Counted from the first letter of the stretch, positions 36,231 through 47,045 are shown. The stretch is DNA of 64,000 nt from Candidatus Micrarchaeia archaeon (GCA_038881595.1 JAVZPM010000001.1:32001-96000), one strand, 5' to 3'. Numbers and translations are program-made. Notes: generated from the letters alone by a model not told the origin.

Positions 36231-37457
36231 CTATTTTGAACCCAATAATTTCTCCAATCTATCCATTGCTTCTTCTATCAACTTCATATTTGTTGCATAA
36301 CTCAACCTTACAAATCCCTCACCTTTATAACCAAACTCTATACCAGGTATTGTAATTACCTTTACTTTGTCAAGTAACCAGAAAGAGAATTTCTCTGAAG
36401 AACCATCTTTATATAGGTATTTTTCCAATTCATCGAATCGTATTTTTGGAAATATATAGAATGCACCTTCTGGAATTTTCTTAAGCTCAAATCCTTTTAT
36501 TTCGTTTATTCTTTTAGTTATGAACCTTCTCCTTTTATCATACTCTCTTGTCATCTCTTTTACACAACTCTGCGGTCCTTTAAGAGCTGCTAATGCTGCA
36601 CGCTGGGAGATAGAAGATGCTGAAACTGATGTATAAAGATGAATTTTAGACATCTGAGATATTAGTTTTTCGTGTCCTACTACATAACCTATTCTAAATC
36701 CTGCCATTGCATATGATTTTGAAAATGTGAAATTCGAAAGTACATACTCCTCCATTCCGTTAAGAGAAGCAATTGAAAAATGCTTTTTCCCATTAAAGAC
36801 CAAATCCTCGTATGCCTCATCGCTTATTATCATGAGATTGTGCTCAACTGCAATATCTGCAAGTTCTTCGAGTTTTGATTTTGAGAATACTGATCCAGTT
36901 GGATTTGATGGAGAATTTATTATTATACCTTTTGTTCTTGGTGTTATCTTCTTTTTTATTTCATCTAAATTCAAATCAAACCCATCGTCTTCAAAAAGGT
37001 AATATGGAACGGGAACCACATCTACCGTTTCTAAAGTTGGACCATAAGTTGCAAAGCCAGGATTTGGAATCAAAACTTTTTCAGTAGAATCAAATGAACA
37101 TAACATAGAAAGAAGTAAAGATTCTGTTGAACCTGCAGTTACGCATATCTGTTTTGTTGGATCGTCCAGCTTTATGTTGTTTTTTCTCCTCAGTTTCTTT
37201 CCAATTTCTTCTAAAAGATCAGGGTACCCTGCAGTAGGAGCATAATGAGTATAGTTATCATCTAATGCCTTTTTTGCTGCTTCCTTGATATGCTTAGGAG
37301 TTTCGAAGTCTGGCTCTCCAGGGCCTAAAGATATTATATTCTTTCCTTTAAGCCCTATGAACTTAGAAAAAATAGAATGAGGTAGATCTGAGATTCTCTC
37401 TGAAATAAAATGAATTTTAGAAATCAACTTTTTAGAATCAATGACCTTTTTTGGCAT
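36231..37457 (-). CDS. PLP-dependent class I/II aminotransferase
   Basis: GEPDF, NSPSNPTG, SDEAY, FSKSYAMAGFRIG and VRLSYA motifs. Confidence 0.93.
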   Translation of the reverse strand: MPKKVIDSKKLISKIHFISERISDLPHSIFSKFIGLKGKNIISLGPGEPDFETPKHIKEAAKKALDDNYTHYAPTAGYPDLLEEIGKKLRRKNNIKLDDPTKQICVTAGSTESLLLSMLCSFDSTEKVLIPNPGFATYGPTLETVDVVPVPYYLFEDDGFDLNLDEIKKKITPRTKGIIINSPSNPTGSVFSKSKLEELADIAVEHNLMIISDEAYEDLVFNGKKHFSIASLNGMEEYVLSNFTFSKSYAMAGFRIGYVVGHEKLISQMSKIHLYTSVSASSISQRAALAALKGPQSCVKEMTREYDKRRRFITKRINEIKGFELKKIPEGAFYIFPKIRFDELEKYLYKDGSSEKFSFWLLDKVKVITIPGIEFGYKGEGFVRLSYATNMKLIEEAMDRLEKLLGSK

Positions 37458-37550
37458 AATTATATTTATACGCAAAACTTTTATAACTGAGCGTTTAAGC
37501 ATTACTATTGAAATGTTATTTTACATTTGCATTATGAATGAGGTGAATAC

Positions 37551-37754
37551 ATGACTGTATTAAAAGTAGTGGAATTGATCGGAACATCGAACAAATCGTT
37601 CGATGATGCATTAAGACAGGTTGTTAAAAGAGCATCGAAAACTATAAGGGGAATAACTGGAATTCATATAGTAGATCAAAAGGTTCATTGTAATGAAAAA
37701 GGAGAAATAGAAGAATATAGGATAGTATGCAAAGTTGCATTCGTAGTAGAATGA
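37551..37754 (+). CDS. Dodecin family flavin-binding protein
   Basis: KVVELIGTS..SFDDA...ASKTIRGI...EYR..CKVAF; 67 aa. Confidence 0.88.
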   Translation: MTVLKVVELIGTSNKSFDDALRQVVKRASKTIRGITGIHIVDQKVHCNEKGEIEEYRIVCKVAFVVE

Positions 37755-37800
37755 CATTCTTTGGTGTCTTTTAATATATTAATTCTTTCTGTTTAAAGAA

Positions 37801-39576
37801 TTACTTTCTTGTAAGCCTAATTATCAAATCCAAAAGATCTATCTCCTGACCTGTCAATAGTGATTTGTATTTATCTCTTAGAATAAGGGCATCTTTTAAT
37901 GGGACCTTTGTATAATACACTTCTCCTTCAAATATATGCCTTCCTATGGTTGGCTCATCCATTGAAATTGCTGCCTGCTCCTTTTCTTTAAGCTCTGTCT
38001 TACTTTGTTTTTCTACCTGAATGCTCTTTATAGTTCCTATCTCTGTTCCATCTTCTTTTATCAATGTATCTCCCTGCTTTATTCTTCCTATCAGAACCTC
38101 TATTCCAAATATCGCAGGCTTGCTTGACCTGAATGCATATCCCGGTATAAATCTAATCTTAGCAGGAAATGTATATTGTGAAACTGCCTCCTGCTGCTCT
38201 CTTTTTCTTTCTTCTTCTTTCCAAAGCTTGAGCTGATCGAGAAGAGAATATATTATGTTTGACTTTATAATTCCAATTCCTTTCTGCTGACACTCTGTTT
38301 CAAGTTCTGAATCAACAGATACATTAAATGCAAGAATGACTCCAGAATACCTATCTTGTTGCCTTACAGAATATGCCTCTAGAACATCGGCCTTAGTAAC
38401 TGGACCCACATCGGCTTTTCTTATCTTTGCTTCTATTGTTTTGTCAGATTCAAGAAGTTTTATTATTGCCTCCAGAGAACCAAGCGTATCTGCTCTTACT
38501 ATCATTCCTACATTCTCAGTCTTAATAAGAATCTCTTTTAGCTCCTCTTCTAATTCAGACTTTATTTTTTCTAAATCTGAATCCTTTCCAACTACATAAA
38601 GTGATGAACCTGGCAATGCATCTTCAAGATCTGGTGCAAATATCTTTATTCCAGAAGCTGCATAAACTTCATCCACGTACATAAATCTATCTGACGCTTC
38701 TTTGACATCTCTCATCTCCATCAAAGGCTTTGGCTTAAGAAGGCCCCTTATTTTTGTTGTTTTTATTCCACTCTTAGTTGCAAATATTATTTCATCTCCT
38801 TTTCTTATTACTCCCTCATAAAGGATAACGTCTGCTGTTACTCCAAGACCTTTCTCGAATTTTACTTCCATTATGCTACATTTTCCAGGACCTAATTTTG
38901 ATTCGAGCTGTGATTCAAGAAATTTCTGTGCAAGCCCTGAAATCATCATAAGAAGCTCTGGAATTCCCTCCTGAGTTTTTGCACTAACTGGTACTATTGC
39001 TACTGTTTTAGTAAAGTCTTTTACGCGATCAAATCTATCAGATTGAATATTAAATTTCGAAAGCTCTCCCACTAACTCATAAATCTTTGAATCTAATTCA
39101 TTTTGAACTTCATGTCTTTGAGAAGGCAGAGATTCAAGGAAACATGATTTTTCTTTTGTCCTCCAACCAGTTATCAAATCTATCTTATTTGCAGCAACTA
39201 TGAATGGAGTCCTATACTCCTTTAATATCTCAATTGCTTCTATTGTCTGCGGTTGAAATCCTTGAGCTATATCTACCACAAGTATTGCAATGTCAGCTAT
39301 GCTTCCTCCTCTTTTCCTTAGATTTGTAAATGCTGCATGACCTGGAGTGTCTACAAAAAGTAACCCTGGAATAGTAAGGTTAATTTTCATGAATTTTGAA
39401 AGAGGGCTGCATCTCTCTTTTATAACAGAAACAGGTACCTCGCTTGCACCTATATGTTGAGTTATTGCCCCTGCTTCTCTTGATGCTATTGTAGTTGAAC
39501 GAATGCTGTCAAGGATACTCGTTTTTCCGTGATCTACGTGACCTAAAACTGAAACTATTGGTTGTCTAAGTGGCAT
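37801..39576 (-). CDS. infB: Translation initiation factor aIF5B (IF-2)
   Basis: LRQPIVSVLGHVDHGKT, AGAITQHIGA, DTPGH, NKID and DTLGSLEA motifs. Confidence 0.97.
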   Translation of the reverse strand: MPLRQPIVSVLGHVDHGKTSILDSIRSTTIASREAGAITQHIGASEVPVSVIKERCSPLSKFMKINLTIPGLLFVDTPGHAAFTNLRKRGGSIADIAILVVDIAQGFQPQTIEAIEILKEYRTPFIVAANKIDLITGWRTKEKSCFLESLPSQRHEVQNELDSKIYELVGELSKFNIQSDRFDRVKDFTKTVAIVPVSAKTQEGIPELLMMISGLAQKFLESQLESKLGPGKCSIMEVKFEKGLGVTADVILYEGVIRKGDEIIFATKSGIKTTKIRGLLKPKPLMEMRDVKEASDRFMYVDEVYAASGIKIFAPDLEDALPGSSLYVVGKDSDLEKIKSELEEELKEILIKTENVGMIVRADTLGSLEAIIKLLESDKTIEAKIRKADVGPVTKADVLEAYSVRQQDRYSGVILAFNVSVDSELETECQQKGIGIIKSNIIYSLLDQLKLWKEEERKREQQEAVSQYTFPAKIRFIPGYAFRSSKPAIFGIEVLIGRIKQGDTLIKEDGTEIGTIKSIQVEKQSKTELKEKEQAAISMDEPTIGRHIFEGEVYYTKVPLKDALILRDKYKSLLTGQEIDLLDLIIRLTRK

Positions 39577-39703
39577 ATAATCATCTTTATAATTGAAATA
39601 AATGAGGTATTGTTTTATTAAAATTATAGAAGGAAAAAGATATTAAATCTAAGTATCCAATAATTAATGTTTTCTTATTAGCTTAATTTGGCAAAGTGAT
39701 TAA

Positions 39704-40708
39704 ATGTATTATTTTATAACTGGAGCAAGTGGGAGATTAGGGATTGTTCTAACAAAGAAGCTGTACGAACGACACCAAAATTTGATACTGTTGGTGGCAA
39801 ATGAAGAAGAGAAAAGAAAACTTCCACCTATGAAGGATGTGGAGATTATAGTGGGAGATATAAACGATAGGAATGTAATAGAGAAAGGAGTTGCAAAGGC
39901 AGATGTAGTGGTGCATCTTGCTGGAATTATAGATTATAGTGGAAATTGGGAAATTCTTGAAAAGGTGAATATAAAAGGAACTAAAACCGTTGCTGAGGCA
40001 TGTGCAAAATTTAACAAAAAACTCATATTTGCAAGTACAACTGGAGTATATGGAAAGAAGCCTTTAGAAAATCCTGTAACTGAAAAAACACCTACAAATC
40101 CTACTGATTTATATGCAAAATCAAAACTTGAAGCTGAAAGAGTTGTTAATTCTTACTATGGCTCATTTCCTTACATAATTCTAAGAATTGGTGTTATGTA
40201 CGGTAAAACTTATTATAAAACATATGCAAGAGTAGTAAAGATGATAGATAAAGGAATGATGCCTATTTTTGGAGATGGAAAAAATGTAATTCCATTTGTA
40301 CATGCAGAGGATGTTGCTGAAGCAATAATACTTGCATCTAGATCAAACATAAGCAATGCAACATTCAATATAGTAGAGAATAGAACAATGACTCAAGAAA
40401 GAATATATTCTTATGTTGCAGAGTTACTTGGAAAGAAATATTCTCCATTTAGAATCCCACCAACAATTGGAAAGATCCTAACAATAGCCTCACCTATAAG
40501 CAGTGAAGACATAAATGTGTTGGCTTCCCATAGGGTTTTTGATACAGAAAGGGCGAATAAAGCACTTGGTTGGACGCCTGCGATACCTTTAATGCAAGGG
40601 ATAAAGGAAATAGTAGATATTTATAAATCTAAAAATACTAATAAGATAGAAAAAACCAAAAAAGATGAATTAGAAAAAGAGGATTATAAAGAGTCGGAGG
40701 TAATTTAA
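39704..40708 (+). CDS. NAD-dependent epimerase/dehydratase (extended SDR)
   Basis: TGASGRLG, VHLAG, YAKSK and FVHAEDVA motifs. Confidence 0.9.
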   Translation: MYYFITGASGRLGIVLTKKLYERHQNLILLVANEEEKRKLPPMKDVEIIVGDINDRNVIEKGVAKADVVVHLAGIIDYSGNWEILEKVNIKGTKTVAEACAKFNKKLIFASTTGVYGKKPLENPVTEKTPTNPTDLYAKSKLEAERVVNSYYGSFPYIILRIGVMYGKTYYKTYARVVKMIDKGMMPIFGDGKNVIPFVHAEDVAEAIILASRSNISNATFNIVENRTMTQERIYSYVAELLGKKYSPFRIPPTIGKILTIASPISSEDINVLASHRVFDTERANKALGWTPAIPLMQGIKEIVDIYKSKNTNKIEKTKKDELEKEDYKESEVI

Positions 40709-41464
40709 ATGAAATATGAAGTTGAAAAATACATCAAAGAAAGATTAAACAAAAAAGAGAAACTTCTGTTTGCATTGATAGATCCACTAGATTATAACGA
40801 TATAGAGCATGCAATAAAAACAGCTATTGCTGCAGCAGAAGGTGGGGCAGCAGTGATACTTGTAGGCGGTTCGATAGGGGTTCAAGGAGAGCTTCTCGAT
40901 ATGGTTGTAAAGAAGATTAAGGAAAAGGTAAAGGTTCCTGTTGTCTTGTTCCCAGGAAACATTGCAACCCTTACTAAATATGCAGATGCAGTATATTTCA
41001 TGTCTCTTCTTAATTCCAGAAATCCTTATTGGATAAGCCAGGCACAGATGCTTGCGTCACCGGTTATAAAGCAGATGGGAATAGAACCTCTCTCCATTGG
41101 ATACATTGTTGTTGAACCAGGTGGTTCTGTAGGTTGGGTGGGGGATGTTAATCTTGTGCCTCGTGACAAACCCAAGATAGGAGCTGCACTAGCACTAGCT
41201 GGCGAATATCTTGGATCAAAGTTCATACTTATGGATGTAGGGTCGGCATCTAAAGTAGGACATGTTCCTCTTGAAATGATATCTATGGTAAAGAAAACAA
41301 TAGGTATTCCGCTTATAATTGCAGGTGGAATAAAAACTCCTGAGGAAGCTGAAAATGTTGTTAATGCTGGCGCAGATATCATACAAATTGGAACAATATT
41401 AGAAAAGAGTGATGATCCAAAGAAGCTTTGCCAAGAAATAATTAAAAGAATAAATAAAAAGTAG
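40709..41464 (+). CDS. Geranylgeranylglyceryl phosphate synthase (group II)
   Basis: LIDP, VGGS, LFPG, FMSLLNSRNPYWI, GYIVVEPG and GGI motifs. Confidence 0.9.
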   Translation: MKYEVEKYIKERLNKKEKLLFALIDPLDYNDIEHAIKTAIAAAEGGAAVILVGGSIGVQGELLDMVVKKIKEKVKVPVVLFPGNIATLTKYADAVYFMSLLNSRNPYWISQAQMLASPVIKQMGIEPLSIGYIVVEPGGSVGWVGDVNLVPRDKPKIGAALALAGEYLGSKFILMDVGSASKVGHVPLEMISMVKKTIGIPLIIAGGIKTPEEAENVVNAGADIIQIGTILEKSDDPKKLCQEIIKRINKK

Positions 41465-41491
41465 TACATAGAAAATTAAGAGGCAGATTGG

Positions 41492-42706
41492 ATGCTTATA
41501 ACAACTTATGAAGCAATAGCAAGGTTAATCATTGCAGCTGCAATCGGAACTCTAATTGGATTAGAAAGAAAGAGGACGACAAAAAACCATATAGACATAA
41601 AGACGTTTTCTTTCTCAGCTATCTTTGGCTGTATAAGTGCAATGTCCATCCTCTTTGAAATTCCATTCTCTGAGTTCTTTCCATTGCTTGGATTTATAAT
41701 GGTGCTTGCACTTACATATGATTTACTAAAAAATGCAGAAAATAAAAACAGCTCAGATAAAATCAGTTCTTACCTGATGCCAATTCTTTTCCTTTCTGGA
41801 CTAATGGTTGGAAGTGGACTTGTATGGGAAGCCACTGCATCTGCATTTTTAATTGTCGGAACTCTTGCTATTGGAAAAAAATTAGAAAAAACAGTTGAGC
41901 TTTTAAGTGATGAAGAGATAAGTGAATTAATCCAGATAGGGATAATACTATTCATCCTATTTCCAATATTGCCACCAAAACCAATTGAGATTTATGGAAT
42001 AAGCTTAGATTTATTTCTAGTTTTTGCATTTCTTCTGATTGTAACGCTATTGAATTTCTTTGCATTCTTAGCTTACAGGATTTTTAGAAGAGAAAATGTA
42101 AGTGTAACTGGTTTCATCGGAGGAATAATAAACTCAACATATTCAATATATCAATTAAATAAAACAAAGCAGGGAATAAGTAGCGAAGGTGTGATATCTG
42201 CTATGCTTGGAAGCATACTTAGAAATAGTCTGCTTGTAGTAATAGTGATGAATGAAATGATTAATAAGGTTCTTCCCTTGTTTGCTCTTATAGCAGGTAT
42301 GTTTATTTTGCTTGTTTTAAAGGAAAGAACAACCAAAAAGAAGAAATATACTATTGAAAAACCAATAACTGTAATAAACAGTGCATATGCAACTCTTTTC
42401 TTAATAGCTTCATTGATTTTATTTCAATTAAGTGCAAAGAATTTTCCTCAATTCCTACCAATCGTTTCATTCATTGCTTCAACCATAAGCAGTGGATATA
42501 CTATGCTTTCTTTGGGAAGTGTGTATACTACCATAACTCAAAAAGAGCTCCTTCTCTCAATAGCAACTGCAATAATTGGAAGCTTTGCGACATCTACAAT
42601 AACTGCGTTCTTACTGAATAGAGAGGTAGGTAAAAAAACTCTTAAATATTCATTACTTGCAACTTTTTTACTTTTAGCATACTTAATTATAGCAAATGCT
42701 TTATAA
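41492..42706 (+). CDS. MgtC/SapB-DUF4010 family membrane protein
   Basis: IGTLIGLER...IKTF N-terminal motif; GFIGGIINST; many TM helices. Confidence 0.75.
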   Translation: MLITTYEAIARLIIAAAIGTLIGLERKRTTKNHIDIKTFSFSAIFGCISAMSILFEIPFSEFFPLLGFIMVLALTYDLLKNAENKNSSDKISSYLMPILFLSGLMVGSGLVWEATASAFLIVGTLAIGKKLEKTVELLSDEEISELIQIGIILFILFPILPPKPIEIYGISLDLFLVFAFLLIVTLLNFFAFLAYRIFRRENVSVTGFIGGIINSTYSIYQLNKTKQGISSEGVISAMLGSILRNSLLVVIVMNEMINKVLPLFALIAGMFILLVLKERTTKKKKYTIEKPITVINSAYATLFLIASLILFQLSAKNFPQFLPIVSFIASTISSGYTMLSLGSVYTTITQKELLLSIATAIIGSFATSTITAFLLNREVGKKTLKYSLLATFLLLAYLIIANAL

Positions 42707-42717
42707 AAAGGTAGGAA

Positions 42718-43491
42718 TTAGAGAAGTGGCTTTTGGATTGCTGTAGAAATTGGTCTTTTGATATCTTCTAATGGAAGCTTTTCCTGGACTATACTCTCTT
42801 CCCTCTTTCTTTTTTCTATTATCCTCTTCAGAAGATTGTTTGCCTTTCTTGTGACATTTCTAACATAGTTCTCATTCTTAAGGAAATCAGTATTTGCATC
42901 TATCCATATTGTAGGTATTTTTTCTGAAAGAGTACGAAATTCCTGCCTATATTCATTTATTAATCTTCCCCAATAGTCATAATCTAATGCTTCTCCTGTC
43001 TTTCTCTTTTTTAGCCTTTCATTTAAGCAAGTATCTACGTTTATATCTAAAAATATTATTCCATCTGGTTCTTTAATTCCATATATTTTCATTATAGAAT
43101 CTCTGTGCCTACAATACTCATTAAATGCTTCTTTACTCAATTTTCCCATTTCATAAAGATTCCTAGCAAATAAAAGATCGCCATAAATTGACCTGTCTTC
43201 AAGAGCGATACCTGGATATGATTTAATATTCATATTTGTTACAAATCTTGCATTAAGATAAAACATTTGAGAAGCATAAGCAAAAGATTCTTTCATCCCA
43301 CTCTCATAGAAATCCTTCAAGAAAGGATTCTGATCTGCTCTTTCCCTAAAAAATTTAACTTCTGGCACTCCCTCTGGGAATTCGATTCCTCTTGTAAATG
43401 AGAATACAAGTGGTGGCTTTTCTAAAAGAGATCCTAAGTCTGTTTTTCCACTTCCAGATATTCCTTCTATAGCGATATGAATAAATGCCAT
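42718..43491 (-). CDS. Deoxynucleoside kinase family protein (paralog 1)
   Basis: EGISGSGKT P-loop, QMFYLNAR, EDRSIYGD. Confidence 0.88.
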   Translation of the reverse strand: MAFIHIAIEGISGSGKTDLGSLLEKPPLVFSFTRGIEFPEGVPEVKFFRERADQNPFLKDFYESGMKESFAYASQMFYLNARFVTNMNIKSYPGIALEDRSIYGDLLFARNLYEMGKLSKEAFNEYCRHRDSIMKIYGIKEPDGIIFLDINVDTCLNERLKKRKTGEALDYDYWGRLINEYRQEFRTLSEKIPTIWIDANTDFLKNENYVRNVTRKANNLLKRIIEKRKREESIVQEKLPLEDIKRPISTAIQKPLL

Positions 43492-43577
43492 AAAAACCAA
43501 ATAGATAAATTTACAAAAAAAATATAAATCATTTGAAGCCATTCTGCTATTAATTTATTAATATTCTTTAATTTTAT

Positions 43578-44324
43578 TTATTGATCTTTATTTCTTATTT
43601 TCCATCCTTGCATTTGCAATGACTTAATTATTCGTTCTTCTATCTGAAGATGAAACCTCTTCAAATCCTCATCACTCATATCGTTATTTGCATCTATTCT
43701 TAACAATCTATGCCCGTACATTGGAACCATATCAGGTAGAATTTCATCAATCAATCTTTGATAAAGATAATATAGATTATTTAAATAAGTGATATCGATC
43801 CCTCTCTCCGATTTCCTTCCTCTTTCTTTTATTCTCTTTAATGCAACTTCAGGTTTAACATCTAGATACACAAAAACATTTACAGGTGGAATTTTATTTT
43901 TTAGATATTGATATGTAGCAGAATAACTTTGGTAGAATGATTTTGCAATCTTACTGTTTGGATCACCAAATATACCTGATTTATAATCGTTCTCAAAAAA
44001 AACAAACCTATTTTCTTCTGGAATTCTTTCGACAAGAACGATTCCGTTTTCCTTTGATGCCTGAAGCATTTGATCTACTCTTGCGCTTAGCATTGCTATC
44101 TCTGCAGCGAAACATGTATATTTATCATTTCTTTTGAGTGCGGGATAAAAAACAGAAGCAGCAATGTTCTTCACTTGTTTTGATTCTTCATATACTTTCA
44201 ATTCACCAGGGGTTACTAGCATCGATGGAAGTTGAGAGCTGAATCTCCTTTTTTTCATTGACTTAATGAATTCAGACTTTCCTATTCCAATTCCTCCCAT
44301 TACACCTATTATTACTTCCGCCAT
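43578..44324 (-). CDS. Deoxynucleoside kinase family protein (paralog 2)
   Basis: GGIGIGKS P-loop, VER motif, lid RIKERGRKSE, YLNNL. Confidence 0.85.
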   Translation of the reverse strand: MAEVIIGVMGGIGIGKSEFIKSMKKRRFSSQLPSMLVTPGELKVYEESKQVKNIAASVFYPALKRNDKYTCFAAEIAMLSARVDQMLQASKENGIVLVERIPEENRFVFFENDYKSGIFGDPNSKIAKSFYQSYSATYQYLKNKIPPVNVFVYLDVKPEVALKRIKERGRKSERGIDITYLNNLYYLYQRLIDEILPDMVPMYGHRLLRIDANNDMSDEDLKRFHLQIEERIIKSLQMQGWKIRNKDQ

Positions 44325-44348
44325 TCCAACACGCTCCTATATTTAAAA

Positions 44349-45104
44349 TTATTTTTGTCTATATATGGATTTTGAATTGCTATAAAAACCTCTTTTCATC
44401 AGAAGTCTATGCGCTCTCTCTTCTATATAATTATGAAAACGAATTAAATCTTTGGGACTAAAATCTCTATCTGCGTCAATTATTAAGATAACATCCCTAT
44501 AATTTGGAATCTCTTTCGGAATCTCTTCATTTATCATATTCTCATAGTAGGTATGTAACTGCCTTATGTAATCTAATGTAAGTCCTGATTCACTTGGTAG
44601 GCCTCCTGTTCCTCTTCTTATCTCATCCATTCTTCTCTTATATGCAGTCTCAGGTCTAGTGTAGAGGTAAATCAGTAAATCAGGAGGAGATACTGATCTC
44701 ATGCTATATTCATATTCCCTTTTATATATCTCATAATGTTCCTTTAACAGAAGGCCTGATTGATTAAGGTTTGCTACGAATACGTATCTATCTTCGTAAG
44801 GACATCTCTCATTGAAAACTATTCCTCCTTGCCTCATGTTTGCCTGCATCTGCCTTATCCTTGCCTTTAATATGTCTAATTCTGCAACAAACAGCATATC
44901 CTTATTCTTTTCTCTCAATGCTGGATAGAACTTCTTATCCACAATCTCTAAAACTTCTGGAGACTCTTTCTCCACCTTTATCTCTCCAGGCATGCTTAAA
45001 AGAGGGAGAAGTCTAAAGCCTGTTTTCTTCTCTTCAAGTGTCTTTAAAAAAGTAGATTTCCCTGAACCTATATTTCCAACAACAATAACAGTTATCTCTG
45101 CCAT
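44349..45104 (-). CDS. Deoxynucleoside kinase family protein (paralog 3)
   Basis: GNIGSGKST P-loop, NERCPYED, PDLLIYL, YIRQLH..YE. Confidence 0.88.
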   Translation of the reverse strand: MAEITVIVVGNIGSGKSTFLKTLEEKKTGFRLLPLLSMPGEIKVEKESPEVLEIVDKKFYPALREKNKDMLFVAELDILKARIRQMQANMRQGGIVFNERCPYEDRYVFVANLNQSGLLLKEHYEIYKREYEYSMRSVSPPDLLIYLYTRPETAYKRRMDEIRRGTGGLPSESGLTLDYIRQLHTYYENMINEEIPKEIPNYRDVILIIDADRDFSPKDLIRFHNYIEERAHRLLMKRGFYSNSKSIYRQK

Positions 45105-45191
45105 AATATCACTAATAAGCTAATATCAAATAGCAAATAATGATGATATAAAATTAAGCAAAAATAGTATTTATACTTTATCATTCAATGT

Positions 45192-46113
45192 CTATTTAAT
45201 AAAAGAATTTATGGCTTCTGCTATTTTGTCATCTGTAAGTAAGACATAATTTTCCAAATTTTTTGCGGCAGGAATTGGAAACTCTTTCGCATGTAGTATT
45301 TTTACCTTTGCATTTGAGTTTTCATTTACTATAGATGCAACTTTAGATGCAACAAATCCAATACCATCTTCTATTATAAGAATTTTTTTTTGTTTTTTTA
45401 CTAATTGCAATTATAGATTCTTTATCTAAAGGATTTAAAGATCTTAAGTCGAGCAATTCTACATCCATATCTTTAATTATTCTCTCAACAATTGGAACTA
45501 TTCTTCCATATGTAATAATTCCTAGCTTTTTACCTTTCTGCCTTATCTTAGCCTTTCCGAATGGTACTAATTCTGATGTAATCTCTCCTTCCATATTATG
45601 TAAAAGTTTATGTTCAATAAATAAAGTAGGATCATTCTGATTTAGTGCATATTTCATAAGCCCTGCTGCATCATCTGGATTTGAAGGATATACAACATTA
45701 AGTCCTGGACACATAAAAATATGTTCTAAATTCTGCGAATGAGTTGCACCATATCCTCTATGAGAAGATAGAACTCCTCTTATAATTAAAGGAACATTAA
45801 AATCTCCATTAGAAAGAGCTTTTATTTTCGCAGCGTGGTTAATTATGGGATCAGCTGCACAAAGTAGAAAATCAAAGAAAGTAAATTCTATTATTGGTCT
45901 CATTCCATTCATCGCTGCCCCGATTCCTATACCAACAGTTGCTGCTTCTGAAATGGGTGTGTTTATTATTCTATCTTTAAATCTTTTATCTAGCCCTTTA
46001 AATAACCCAGAGGAACCTCCCCACTCTCTAACATCTTGTCCCATTACAATTATTTTATCATTATTTTCCATTTCATTTATTATTACATTTCTAATTGCAT
46101 CAATATATCTCAT
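45192..46113 (-). pseudogene. ThDP-dependent dehydrogenase E1 beta subunit, split by a +1 frameshift
   Basis: GQDV, NTPISE, GMRPIIE, HSQ, IEHK and DLRSLNPLD motifs; reading continues as ILIIEDG...PIP in another frame after an A9 run (T9 at 45383-45391). Confidence 0.8.
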
Positions 46114-47045
46114 CTAAAAACCTCTGTTTCATTAAATTCCGTATCTCTAGCATTTTTAGCTTCAATTAGATCTTTTTCAAGCTGCTCCTTTATTTCTTTC
46201 TTTAAATCTTCAATTTTTTCTTTTGTTATTAATTTTTTCTTAAGAAGATATCTCTCATATTTGATTATTGGATCATGCAGTTTTGCTTTTCTTATATATT
46301 CTTTTGTGAAATATGATTTATCGACATCATTTATTGAATGACCACATTGTCTATATGTCAAAAATTCTATAAATACAGGTTTTCCTTTTCTAACTTTATC
46401 TATTGCTATCTTGCTACTTTTCATTACTATATTTATATCTGTTCCATCTACTCTAAAAGATTCTATACCATATGCTTGTTTTACCTTCTTTGCAAGATCT
46501 ATTACAGCAGAATGTTCTTTTATAGATGTAGATTGAGCCCAATAGTTGTTTTCACAAACAAAAAGTATGGGTAAATCCCAAAGAGATGCCATATTAAGGG
46601 TTTCATGAAATATTCCTTGTGTTGTAGCACCATCTCCAAGAAATGTAACAACAATAGAATTAGTCTTTTGCATCTTTAAACCTAATGCTATACCACTAGA
46701 AATGGCTACATTAGCGCTTACTATTCCATTAGCTCCCCAAAAACCGTCTTTCTTTGATGAAAGATGCATTGCTCCAGCATATCCTTTATTATATCCTATT
46801 GTTTTTCCAAGTAGTTCAGCAAAAATTTTTTTTGGTTCTAAACCACAACTAAGTGCAATATGATATACTCTATGTCCACAAGTAACTATATCTCCTTTCA
46901 TTAAATTTGAACAAACTCCTAGCGGAATAGCTTCCTGACCTGTGCTGAAATGATCTGTTCCTTTAACTATTCCATCTTTATGCAATTCCGCCACTTTTTC
47001 TTCAAAGTATCTGATAATGTAAAATTTTTTAAGAATTTTATCCAT
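46110..47045 (-). CDS. ThDP-dependent dehydrogenase E1 alpha subunit (acetoin/pyruvate dehydrogenase-like)
   Basis: GQEA, GHR, GDGA...ENN ThDP motif, YRQCGHS..D. Confidence 0.92.
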   Translation of the reverse strand: MDKILKKFYIIRYFEEKVAELHKDGIVKGTDHFSTGQEAIPLGVCSNLMKGDIVTCGHRVYHIALSCGLEPKKIFAELLGKTIGYNKGYAGAMHLSSKKDGFWGANGIVSANVAISSGIALGLKMQKTNSIVVTFLGDGATTQGIFHETLNMASLWDLPILFVCENNYWAQSTSIKEHSAVIDLAKKVKQAYGIESFRVDGTDINIVMKSSKIAIDKVRKGKPVFIEFLTYRQCGHSINDVDKSYFTKEYIRKAKLHDPIIKYERYLLKKKLITKEKIEDLKKEIKEQLEKDLIEAKNARDTEFNETEVFR

